Positions 17,010 through 25,512 of a DNA stretch of 64,000 nucleotides are shown here, in pieces. The DNA is taken from the NCBI GenBank assembly GCA_041600915.1, contig JBFIJC010000001.1:23895-87894 (forward strand), given 5' to 3'. Under the pieces are notes generated by a model. The model saw only the letters and a program-made list of their open reading frames with translations. It did not search any database and had not been told where the DNA came from. Every line of letters starts with the position of its first letter. The stretch's first letter is position 1. The stretch is from Nitrogeniibacter sp. Its GTDB lineage: Bacteria; Pseudomonadota; Gammaproteobacteria; Burkholderiales; Rhodocyclaceae. A program made the position numbers and the translations under genes.

Positions 17010-17389
17010 TGCTTGGCGCATATTATCGACTTGTCGCCGTAAACGAGCAGGGCGCTTCGGTCACGGTCACAGCTAAAATCAAGCGGCGCAAGTTTGGTAC
17101 TGATGGTTCGCTGACGTTGGAGGCGGCTCCGGTCACACTGCTTAATGCGGTGTCGATCCCGCTGTCGAGCACCACATCGTCAACGGGTGTGGACAACGGT
17201 ACGGATAAGTACCTATTCGCGGAAATTGAATTTACCGTCGTCGCTACATCGACCGGCTTGGTGTCACTCTACCTTTCCCGAAGTGTGGATGGCGGAACTA
17301 CCTATCCCGACGCAGGCAAGGGGCAGCTTATCGGCGCAATTAACTTCACGGCAAGCGGAACGCAGCGGCGCGTCTTCAACTTGGAGTGA
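17009..17389 (+). CDS. Hypothetical beta-rich protein
   Basis: 126 aa. The TAATG start overlaps the upstream stop. Confidence 0.5.
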   Translation: MLGAYYRLVAVNEQGASVTVTAKIKRRKFGTDGSLTLEAAPVTLLNAVSIPLSSTTSSTGVDNGTDKYLFAEIEFTVVATSTGLVSLYLSRSVDGGTTYPDAGKGQLIGAINFTASGTQRRVFNLE

Positions 17390-17394
17390 CCTGA

Positions 17395-19167
17395 ATGGGC
17401 TCCATTATTCTGCCGCGAGTTTGGGACCGGCAGCCTGGGGAAGCTGCGGAAATCGACTGGTCGCACCCGTTTCTCTCAGAAGCGCTGGCAGTTGTTGATC
17501 CGCTTACCGGGACAGAGCGTGTCACCGGGGTTCCGCTGACGCCGTTGTTCGGCTCGGAGAAGATCGCAGCCGGCGAGCATGGTCTTGGGTTCTACACAGG
17601 CAACAACGCCAAGTGGCAGTTCCAGGGGCGCATCCCGTCAGACCCCATATATGACCGAGAGACATCAATCTTTGTCTTATCGACGATCCTTGAAGCGCCA
17701 GTCAAAACTTATGGTGCGATCATGGGGCAGCAGGCCCCGTCGCAGTACGGCATTATTACAAAATCGCCGGCGGCCAATCTATACGCATCTTGGGCACCTG
17801 ATAGCCAGTTACTCACCACGCTTGCGGCAAATAAGACCTATGTTGCCTATGGGCGTGGCAATAAGTTCGCTGCGAATCAATCGCAATACGCTGCGGGGGA
17901 GTTCAGGAAGGGCGAATATGCGCTCGGCGCCCCATTCAGCAACGCGGGGGTTTTCGGCTATCCGTCCGACTGGTATCTAGGCGGTGACCATCGCTATGCG
18001 ACTGATCGATATCTGACTCAACTTGTTCACCTTGTCATCATCACGAACGGGTATCGCAGCGAAGCTGAATTCCAAGATATTGCTGAAAATCCTTGGCAGA
18101 TATTCAAAAGACGCCCCCTGCTTGTCCATTTTTCTTCAGGCGGGGGGGCCGCCAATCTGATGATTGGCAATTCGATGTTCGCAATGTCATCGGACGGGGT
18201 GACGCTTCAATCCGGCGTGTTTCTCAGTGCGGCTGACGTTTCCCATGGACTGAGTTCTGGTGTTCTGGCGATCAACGCCGGTGTCGAGTTGGCGGCCGGC
18301 TCTGCTCGGCACGGCATTTCTTCTGAATCTGCAGTTCTGTCCAGCATCTCGATCATCCAGGCGAGTGATGCCGCACACGGACACGCAGCAGACGCCGCGG
18401 ATCTGTCATCGCAGCACACGCTGCAATCTGCCGGCGCGCTGCATTCGGTGTCTTCGGACAACGCCGATCTGTTTAGTGGCACGTCCTTGGACTCAGCCGA
18501 TGCGACGCATTCTGTTTCCGCCGATGGCGTGGTGATCTCGTCGTCAAGCTTCCTGCAAGCAAGCGATGCGATTCACGCCCATTTAGCTGACGGCCTGGCG
18601 CTGTCGGCCGCTCTCGCTCTCGTGGTGTCAGGCGCCGCACACGGCGTCACATCGGACAATGCCACGATGGATTCCGGCACGGCGCTTTCGGTCAATGACG
18701 CGACCCACGCGCTGGCGTCCGAAGCCCCTGCGATATACGCGCAGCTCACCCTGCAGGCAGATGACGCTCAGCATGGCCTGTCGTCGGAGGCGTTCGCCTT
18801 GTCGGCCGCGCTGTCGCTGGTGCTCGACGATATCGCGCACTCGGTCGCCTCTGACGAGGTAGCGCTGAACTCCGGGGCTCTTCTGTCGCCGGATGGCGCA
18901 AATCACGCGTATGCGTCCGATGTTGCATCGCTGAGCACCGCGCTTGCGCTGGCGATCGATGGCGCGTTGCACGCCCATCTGGCCGACGGAGTGGGCCTCT
19001 ACGCGAGCCTGAATCTGGCGATCTCTGATGCTCTGCACGCGCATTCGGCCGCTGCGGCGAATCTTAACAATGGGGCCGCCGCACTATCGGCTGATCGCAC
19101 TCTGGCGGTTGCGGCAGAGATCCGGCGCCTGGTGGTGGCTATTGAATCTAGGAGATGGCTGCAATGA
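17395..19167 (+). CDS. LamG/concanavalin-like N-terminal domain protein with 22-aa tandem-repeat C-terminal region (possible decoration fibre)
   Basis: 590 aa. N-terminal ~240 aa ends in the EAEFQDIAENPWQIFK pattern seen at the ends of LamG-like jelly rolls. Residues 272-557 form 13 units of 22 aa. Confidence 0.65.
   Translation: MGSIILPRVWDRQPGEAAEIDWSHPFLSEALAVVDPLTGTERVTGVPLTPLFGSEKIAAGEHGLGFYTGNNAKWQFQGRIPSDPIYDRETSIFVLSTILEAPVKTYGAIMGQQAPSQYGIITKSPAANLYASWAPDSQLLTTLAANKTYVAYGRGNKFAANQSQYAAGEFRKGEYALGAPFSNAGVFGYPSDWYLGGDHRYATDRYLTQLVHLVIITNGYRSEAEFQDIAENPWQIFKRRPLLVHFSSGGGAANLMIGNSMFAMSSDGVTLQSGVFLSAADVSHGLSSGVLAINAGVELAAGSARHGISSESAVLSSISIIQASDAAHGHAADAADLSSQHTLQSAGALHSVSSDNADLFSGTSLDSADATHSVSADGVVISSSSFLQASDAIHAHLADGLALSAALALVVSGAAHGVTSDNATMDSGTALSVNDATHALASEAPAIYAQLTLQADDAQHGLSSEAFALSAALSLVLDDIAHSVASDEVALNSGALLSPDGANHAYASDVASLSTALALAIDGALHAHLADGVGLYASLNLAISDALHAHSAAAANLNNGAAALSADRTLAVAAEIRRLVVAIESRRWLQ
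18208..19065 (+). repeat. 13 tandem in-frame 66-nt (22-aa) repeats, consensus x5-L-x3-D-A-x-H-x3-[SA]-D-x3-L
   Basis: Hand-parsed units from QSGVFLSAADVSHGLSSGVLAI to YASLNLAISDALHAHSAAAANL. His falls at position 13 of every unit. Degenerate units flank the array. Confidence 0.8.
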
Positions 19168-19463
19168 GTTCGTTCGACCTGAGCAACCCCGACAAGCCGA
19201 AGATCATCAAGGATCCGGACGCGACGCTCGACTACATCATCGACTTGACTGGCTGGCTTGCCGATATCACAGACTCGCTGTCATCGCTCGTCGTGACCGG
19301 CGTCGGCGTGACGATCGATTCGAGCAACATCGATGGGGATATCTGCGTCGCATGGGTGTCAGGCGGAACAGTAGGGGAGACGGCGACTGTCACGTACAGA
19401 TTCACTACCCTCGGAGGACGCGGGGACGACCGGACGATCTACCTAAAAATCAAGGAGCGCTGA
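19155..19463 (+). CDS. Hypothetical phage protein
   Basis: 102 aa. KDPDATLDYIIDLTGWL ... GGTVGETATVTYRFTTLGGRGDDRTIYLKIKE, a pattern I recall next to phage neck genes. Confidence 0.5.
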   Translation: MAAMSSFDLSNPDKPKIIKDPDATLDYIIDLTGWLADITDSLSSLVVTGVGVTIDSSNIDGDICVAWVSGGTVGETATVTYRFTTLGGRGDDRTIYLKIKER

Positions 19464-19464
19464 C

Positions 19465-19956
19465 GTGGCACTGACAACAACCCCCGGCGACGCATCTTCG
19501 GACAGCTACGCCTCGTTGGATGAAGCGGACGCCTATCACCTGGCGCGCGGCCGTGAATCCGCATGGGTCGATCTCGACGCCGAGGTGAAGGAACCGGCGC
19601 TGCGCAAAGCCACCGCCTACCTCGACGCGAAGTACGCATGGCGCGGCGACCGGGTGAGCAGTACTCAGGCGCTCGGATGGCCGCGCTTCGGGGTCGTGTT
19701 CGACGGCTACACGCTGGCATACGACGCGATCCCGGCACGACTGCGTGACGCGTGCTGCGAGCTGGCGCTGCGGGCGCTGACCGAAGATCTGTTCTCGGAC
19801 GTCTCAGCCCAGCATGTCGAGTCGGTGAAGGTTGGGCCGATCGAACGAAAGCTGTCGGCGCCGTCGAACGGCAGCCAGAAGCGCTACCCGCTGGTTGATG
19901 CGATGTTGCGCGACCTGACTGTTTCCGGCAACTCGATCCGGCTGGTGCGCGCATGA
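19465..19956 (+). CDS. Head-tail adaptor (DnaT-like-domain connector protein)
   Basis: GTG start. SYASLDEADAYHLARG...ALRKATAYLDAKYAWRG...QALGWPR pattern. Confidence 0.6.
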   Translation: MALTTTPGDASSDSYASLDEADAYHLARGRESAWVDLDAEVKEPALRKATAYLDAKYAWRGDRVSSTQALGWPRFGVVFDGYTLAYDAIPARLRDACCELALRALTEDLFSDVSAQHVESVKVGPIERKLSAPSNGSQKRYPLVDAMLRDLTVSGNSIRLVRA

Positions 19957-20324
19957 GCTTCTACGGAGAGATGGCCGGCGTCGCCGACGAACTGCTCGCA
20001 GAGTTCGGCGTCCCGCTGACGGTCACCTATGTGACGACCGGATCGTATGACCCATCCACCGGAGGCGCCAGCACAACCACCACCGCTGCCACGGTGAGCG
20101 GATACGTCGAGGACTACGCAGATCGAGACATCGACGGTTCGCGCATCATGTCCGGCGACCGCCGGGTGTATCTGTCGGTTCGAGACACCGCCGGTGCGGC
20201 TGTTTCGAAGCCCGGGCCGAGCGACAAGATAACCGCAGACGGGGTGCAGTACAGCGTCGTCAATTCGAAGGCAATCCCTGGCGCAGGGGAAGCCTCGCTC
20301 TACGACGTCCAGATTCGCCGCTGA
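19953..20324 (+). CDS. Head-tail joining / head closure protein
   Basis: 123 aa. Position is between the adaptor and the gp10-like gene. ATGA overlap. Confidence 0.5.
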   Translation: MSFYGEMAGVADELLAEFGVPLTVTYVTTGSYDPSTGGASTTTTAATVSGYVEDYADRDIDGSRIMSGDRRVYLSVRDTAGAAVSKPGPSDKITADGVQYSVVNSKAIPGAGEASLYDVQIRR

Positions 20325-20326
20325 CC

Positions 20327-20713
20327 GTGGCCGGACAATTCGCGCTCGACCTGTCTCGCCTCGTGAAGAAGGCGAAGGGTCAGACGGATACGGTCGTCCG
20401 AAAGGTGATGCTCGAGGCCTTCCGGAGCGTGGTGCTCAAGAGCCCGGTGGATACCGGACGGTTCCGTGGTAACTGGATCGTCGGGGTTGGGAACTACAGT
20501 ACCTCGACCACGGATGCGACAGACCTGGGCGGCGCGGCAACGATTCGCCGGATCACGTCGGATGTGATGGGCGCACGGATCGACGGCCGACCGATCTACC
20601 TCACGAACAGCCTGCCGTACGCCAAGCGCCTCGAGTACGGCTATTCCGCCCAAGCGCCGAGCGGCATGGTCCGCCTCACGCTGACCGAAATCTCCTCGAA
20701 GTATGGGGTTTGA
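20327..20713 (+). CDS. HK97 gp10-family neck/tail-completion protein
   Basis: SPVDTGRFRGNW motif, 128 aa, GTG start. Confidence 0.75.
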   Translation: MAGQFALDLSRLVKKAKGQTDTVVRKVMLEAFRSVVLKSPVDTGRFRGNWIVGVGNYSTSTTDATDLGGAATIRRITSDVMGARIDGRPIYLTNSLPYAKRLEYGYSAQAPSGMVRLTLTEISSKYGV

Positions 20714-20716
20714 CCA

Positions 20717-21139
20717 ATGAGCATCCAGACGATCCGCGCCGCACTCGAGGCGCGGCTGAAGGCGTTCGCCGATGCGCAGAGCCCGGCACTGTCCGTCGCG
20801 TGGCAGAACGTCGCATTCAAGCCGGCGACAGGTGCTGCCTACCTTCGCGCGACGCTGTTGCCGGCCGGAACGCTGAACCCGTCCGTCGGCATGCAGCACC
20901 TGCGCTATATCGGCCTGCTGCAGGTGTCGGTGGTCGGCGTGCCCGGCACCGGTCCGGCGGCGGCAGAGAGCATCGCCAATGGCCTCGAAGACCATTTCCC
21001 GAGAGGCCTGCGCCTGACGCAATCCGGCCTCGTGATCAGCATCACCAACACCCCGTCCATCGCCCCTGCACAGCAGGATCCGGACAGATTCGTCATTCCC
21101 GTCTCCGTGCCGTACCGGTGCGAGCGGATCACCCCGTAA
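20717..21139 (+). CDS. Tail terminator (DUF4128 / gpU-like)
   Basis: 140 aa. AWQNVAFKPATGAAYLRATLLPA ... GLLQVSV ... IPVSVPY pattern, precedes the tube gene. Confidence 0.6.
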   Translation: MSIQTIRAALEARLKAFADAQSPALSVAWQNVAFKPATGAAYLRATLLPAGTLNPSVGMQHLRYIGLLQVSVVGVPGTGPAAAESIANGLEDHFPRGLRLTQSGLVISITNTPSIAPAQQDPDRFVIPVSVPYRCERITP

Positions 21140-21160
21140 CTCAGCACAAGGAGCAGCATC

Positions 21161-22339
21161 ATGGCAGACGGCAGCCGTCACAGCCTGCGGATGGTCGCGG
21201 AGAGCACCTACGGCACGACCCCGACCACCCCGGTTTTCGACATCATCCGCCACACCGGAACGACTCTCGGTCTCTCGAAAGAGGGCGTGCAGTCCGAAGA
21301 GATCCGCGACGACCGGCAGATCACCGACTTCCGCCACGGCGCGCGCCAGGTCGGCGGTGACATCAACATCGAGCTGTCCTACGGCAGCTTCGACGTGATC
21401 CTCGAGGCACTGCTCGGCGGCACATGGACGCCGAAGGCCACCATCACCGCGACCACGCTCTCGGCGCTGGCCTCTGACAACTCCTACAACGACAGCGGCA
21501 GCGGTTTCGTCGCGGCCGGGTTCGAGGTGGGTGACGATGTTGTGGTGACCGGCTTCACCGGTGACATCGACAACAACATCACGTCCGGCATCATCACTGC
21601 GGTGACCGCCGGCAAGATCACGATCGGCGGCACCGACGGCGATGTGATCGTCGATGACGCGGCCGGCGAGTCGGTCACCATCGCCACCCGCGAGCAGATC
21701 CTGAAGGCCGGCACCACCCGGCGCAGCTTCACGCTTGAGCGCTTCTTCGGTGACATTCAGGTCGCCGACAAGCCGTTCCACCGCTTCACCGGCGTCGAGT
21801 TCAACTCGATGTCACTGGCGATCAACGCAAACGCGATGGTGACCGGCACTGTCGGCGTCGTCGGCCAGGACATGGCCACCGACACCGTGATCGTCTCCGG
21901 CGCAACCTACAACGCAGCCAGCACCACGTCGCCTCTCGATAGCTTCACCGGTTCGCTGAAAGAGGGCGGGTCGCTGATCGCGGTCATCACCGAGATCTCG
22001 CTCGAGCTGAACAACGGCCTTGACCCGCGCTTCGTGGTCGGCTCGAAGGCCTCGATCCGTCCGGCAATCGGCCGCTCGAATGTCTCCGGCCAGGTGACCG
22101 CCTTCTTCGAGAACTCGACGCTGCTGGACAAGTTCAACAACGAGACCGAGACGAGCATTGAGTTCAGCCTGCCCGATGGCGCCGGCAACGTGCAGACCTA
22201 CCTGATGAGCCGGGTGAAATATACCGGCGGCCAGCCGGACGTGGAAGGCGAAGGCCCGGTCACCCTGGCCATGCCGTTCCAGGCGCTGCTGCACTCTGCC
22301 ACCGGTACCAACATCCAGATCAGCCGGACGCCAGCGTAA
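21161..22339 (+). CDS. Major tail tube protein
   Basis: 392 aa, position directly upstream of the G/GT chaperone pair. Confidence 0.7.
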   Translation: MADGSRHSLRMVAESTYGTTPTTPVFDIIRHTGTTLGLSKEGVQSEEIRDDRQITDFRHGARQVGGDINIELSYGSFDVILEALLGGTWTPKATITATTLSALASDNSYNDSGSGFVAAGFEVGDDVVVTGFTGDIDNNITSGIITAVTAGKITIGGTDGDVIVDDAAGESVTIATREQILKAGTTRRSFTLERFFGDIQVADKPFHRFTGVEFNSMSLAINANAMVTGTVGVVGQDMATDTVIVSGATYNAASTTSPLDSFTGSLKEGGSLIAVITEISLELNNGLDPRFVVGSKASIRPAIGRSNVSGQVTAFFENSTLLDKFNNETETSIEFSLPDGAGNVQTYLMSRVKYTGGQPDVEGEGPVTLAMPFQALLHSATGTNIQISRTPA

Positions 22340-22776
22340 TGCCGGGGAAGAAGACGGCCGTCGGCATGGAAGCCTTCTTCACCCGTGATCGGGCGAACGA
22401 TGGCATCGAGCTCCCCCTGTACCTGCCGAACGGGGAGAAGAGTGAGCATTGGCTGCGCATCCGAGGCATCGATTCGGATGTGTTCCGCGAGGCCGAAGCC
22501 GAGCACCGGCGCGAGGCGATGCGTACCGCCATGCTCGACGACCCCAAGGAGCGGGCCAAGGCCATCGCAGACGCGAAGCTGTCTCTGTTGGTGGCGCTTG
22601 TCGTCGGATGGTCGTTTGATCAGCCATGCACACCAGAGGAAATCAAGATCCTCTTCCGGCAGGCGCCGCAGCTGGCCGACGCGGTCGATCAAGCGGCGAG
22701 CAGGCGCGCGCTTTTTTTCGCGCAAAGGTCGAGCAGCTCGGAAAAGCCGCCGAAGCAGAGTTCCGGCTCGACCTGA
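22339..22776 (+). CDS. Tail assembly chaperone (gpG-like)
   Basis: 145 aa. Lies between the tube and tape-measure genes and contains a slippery T-run. Confidence 0.75.
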   Translation: MPGKKTAVGMEAFFTRDRANDGIELPLYLPNGEKSEHWLRIRGIDSDVFREAEAEHRREAMRTAMLDDPKERAKAIADAKLSLLVALVVGWSFDQPCTPEEIKILFRQAPQLADAVDQAASRRALFFAQRSSSSEKPPKQSSGST

Positions 22777-23051
22777 AGCCAAAAGGCTCGAAGCAGAGCC
22801 TGCGCGCCAGCCTGATGCAGGTCTGGAAGAGCACCGGTCGCCAGCCTGCGCAGCTGGCCAGCGCACAGAAAATCCCGGACGAGCTCGCCTACGTCTGGGA
22901 ATGGTACCGGGAGGTGTGCGGCCATGAACCGCTCTCCTGGGGAGAGCTCGAGAGCTGGTCGAAGATGACCGGCAAACGCCTCCTCGGCTGGGAGGCTGAA
23001 CTTATCCGATCCATCGATCGCATCTTCTGGAAGGTCCAACATGGCGGCTGA
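22339..23051 (+). CDS. Tail assembly chaperone G-T fusion, made by programmed -1 frameshift at 22713-22719
   Basis: The 0 frame reads CTT TTT TTC. After a -1 slip, TTT TTT CGC continues the open frame (AFFRAKVEQLG...) to 23051, overlapping the tape-measure start. Confidence 0.7.
22713..22719 (+). promoter_or_regulatory. Slippery heptamer T_TTT_TTC (recoding signal)
   Basis: X_XXY_YYZ pattern in the G frame. The -1 frame is open for 110 further codons. Confidence 0.7.
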
Positions 23052-25503
23052 CATCGCAACACTCGGCATTCGCGTCGATTCTCAGGGAGTCGCGAAGGCA
23101 GAGAAGGGCCTCGACGCGCTGGAGAAGAGCGGGCGCCGGGCCGAACGGGCGACGGATGGTCTGGTGTCGGCGTTTCGGGCGGCAATCGGGCCGGTCGCTA
23201 CTTTTGCCGGTGCTGCTCTGTCACTCCAGAAGGTCATCGACACGCAGCGTCAGTTCGATGTCCTTAATGCCGGACTCATCACGGCAACTGGTAGCGCGGA
23301 AAATGCCGCGGTTGCGTTCGAGGCGCTGCAAGACTTCGCATCAAAGACCCCGTATAGCCTGGAGCAAGCAGTCGATGGATTCACGAAACTCGTGAATCTT
23401 GGCCTCACGCCGTCGGAAGCGGCCCTGATGTCGTACGGCAACACTGCAGCGGCGATGGGCAAAGACCTGAGCCAAATGGTCGAGGCTGTCGCAGACGCAG
23501 CAACCGGAGAGTTCGAACGCCTGAAAGAGTTCGGAATCAAGGCCAAGCAGCAGGGCGATCAAGTCTCCCTGACGTTCCGTGGGGTGACTACCACTATCGG
23601 CAACAACGCCGCAGAGATCGAACGCTATTTGACCGATCTTGGCGAGAATGAATTTGCGGGCGCGATGGAGCGCCGCATGGATTCTCTTGACGGCGCCCTG
23701 TCGAATCTCAGCGACGAGTGGAGCAAGTTCTACCTGAATGTCTCTCAGTCTGGCGTCGGTGAGCTCATTGAAGATTCAGTTCGGTCGGCCATCGCAGTGC
23801 TGGAAGAGTTGAACGCAATGCTGGCGTCAGGTGAGATGGAGGCATACCTCGACGCCATCGGTGGGCAGTGGGAAGCCTGGAGCGTTGATATTCGTCGCAG
23901 CGTGGATTTGCTGACGGGGTTCTTGGACGATTCATTCAGGGAGTGGGGGGCCGACGGGGAGAGCGCAGTTGATTTCCTCGTTCAGGCCTTCGAGCAATGG
24001 CCGGCAAACGTCAGGGCCTTCATCCAGATCATCACCGTCGAAATCGCATCGTTGGTGGATCGCGCAAAGATCTGGGGCGCTGCGATAGCCGACAACCTGA
24101 ACCCGTTCAACGGGACGACATCTCTTGACGACGTCGGCCGCAGGATCGACGCCATCGGTCGCGCTCGGATGGACTCTGTCGCGGCGATTTTGCAAGAGCG
24201 CGACACGGCGGTATCCGGGTACGAAGCGCAGATTGCTGCGGCCCGAAAGCTGCGCGAGGAGTACGACAAAAACCAGGCTGCACGACGGGAGTCCGGAGCG
24301 GATCGGCTCGCAGGATTTCGCGTCGCAAAGCCCGGCGGAGGTCGCGCGTCAGACGGAATCGACAAGGCAGCGGCCGCCGCCGATAAACGCAGAAAGGACG
24401 AGTTCCATCGCGTCGTCGAATCCCTGCGAACCGAAGAAGAGGCCATTGCGGCTTCCTACGCGAAGCGCCGCGCCATCATCGAGGCGAACACCGGTGCAGG
24501 CTCTGCGGATCGGTCGAACCTCATCGGGCGACTGGATGCTGACCAGGCCGAACAGCTCAAGCGGCTCGAAGAGCAGCGCGGCGCCGAGCTCGAATCGCTG
24601 CGCAAGTCGCTCCTGACCGAGGAAGAGTCGATCCAGGAGAGCTACGATCGCCGCCTGGCCATCGTGCGGGCAAACCTCGGAGAGGAATCAACGCTGCGGG
24701 CCGACATGGAATCGCGCCTGGCGTCCGAGCGAGACACCGCGCTGAAGGCCATCGAGGAGAAGCGCGCATCCGAGCGCGAATCGCTCTACAACGGCTTGCT
24801 GACCGAAGAGGAAGCGCTGCGGCAGAGCTACGAGCGGAAGAAGACCCTGATTCTCGAGAGCGAAGCGGTCACCGAGATGGAGCGCCAGGATCTGCTGCGA
24901 CGGCTGCAGGAGCAGTTCGCGACAGAGCAGCAACAGATCGAGACGCGGAGGATCCAGACGCAACTGGGCGCCTATCAAACGCTGTTCGACGGACTGTCCG
25001 GGCTGGCGAAGTCCTATGCCGGCGAGCAGTCCAAGGCGTACCGGGTGCTGTTCGCCGTGAGCAAGGCGTTCAGCGTGGCCCAGGCGGCGATGTCGATCGC
25101 CACCGGCCTTGCCAAGGCCCAGGAACTCGGCTTCCCGGCAAACCTCGCAGAGATGGCGCGCGTTGCCGCGACTGGCGCGTCGATTCTGGCGCAGATCAAC
25201 AGCGCGAACTTCTCCGGCGCATACGACGAAGGCGGGCGCATCCCGGCCGGCAAAATCGGACTTGTCGGCGAGTACGGCCCGGAGTTCGTGCGCGGCCCGG
25301 CGAACGTCACCAGCCGGAAGGACACGGCGAAGATGCTCGAGGGTGGTGCCGGGTCATCGCAGATCGCCCCGGCCCCGCAAGTCAATGTCCGAAACATCAA
25401 CGTGCTGGACCCCAGTCTGGTCGGCGACTACCTCGCCACCGACGCCGGGGAGCAGCTGATCATGAACGTGGTACAGCGCAATCAGCAGGCGCTTGGGTAT
25501 TAA
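23041..25503 (+). CDS. Tail tape measure protein
   Basis: 820 aa. N-terminal TMP core (QFDVLNAGLITATGS...ALQDFASKTPY...LKEFGIKA), long coiled-coil middle. Confidence 0.9.
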   Translation: MAADIATLGIRVDSQGVAKAEKGLDALEKSGRRAERATDGLVSAFRAAIGPVATFAGAALSLQKVIDTQRQFDVLNAGLITATGSAENAAVAFEALQDFASKTPYSLEQAVDGFTKLVNLGLTPSEAALMSYGNTAAAMGKDLSQMVEAVADAATGEFERLKEFGIKAKQQGDQVSLTFRGVTTTIGNNAAEIERYLTDLGENEFAGAMERRMDSLDGALSNLSDEWSKFYLNVSQSGVGELIEDSVRSAIAVLEELNAMLASGEMEAYLDAIGGQWEAWSVDIRRSVDLLTGFLDDSFREWGADGESAVDFLVQAFEQWPANVRAFIQIITVEIASLVDRAKIWGAAIADNLNPFNGTTSLDDVGRRIDAIGRARMDSVAAILQERDTAVSGYEAQIAAARKLREEYDKNQAARRESGADRLAGFRVAKPGGGRASDGIDKAAAAADKRRKDEFHRVVESLRTEEEAIAASYAKRRAIIEANTGAGSADRSNLIGRLDADQAEQLKRLEEQRGAELESLRKSLLTEEESIQESYDRRLAIVRANLGEESTLRADMESRLASERDTALKAIEEKRASERESLYNGLLTEEEALRQSYERKKTLILESEAVTEMERQDLLRRLQEQFATEQQQIETRRIQTQLGAYQTLFDGLSGLAKSYAGEQSKAYRVLFAVSKAFSVAQAAMSIATGLAKAQELGFPANLAEMARVAATGASILAQINSANFSGAYDEGGRIPAGKIGLVGEYGPEFVRGPANVTSRKDTAKMLEGGAGSSQIAPAPQVNVRNINVLDPSLVGDYLATDAGEQLIMNVVQRNQQALGY

Positions 25504-25512
25504 GGAAAGACC

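Noticed and set aside
18208-19065. Regular 66-nt repeats as a CRISPR array or a diversity-generating-retroelement target
   Set aside because: The repeats are contiguous with no spacers, in frame inside a 590-aa ORF, and diverged at the DNA level. No cas genes, reverse transcriptase or template repeat were seen in the window.
20300-21781. 493-aa ORF on the - strand across the neck and tube genes
   Set aside because: Same reasoning. It is antisense to four well-supported, tightly coupled + strand structural genes, and its product has an Arg/Gly/Asp-rich low-complexity composition.
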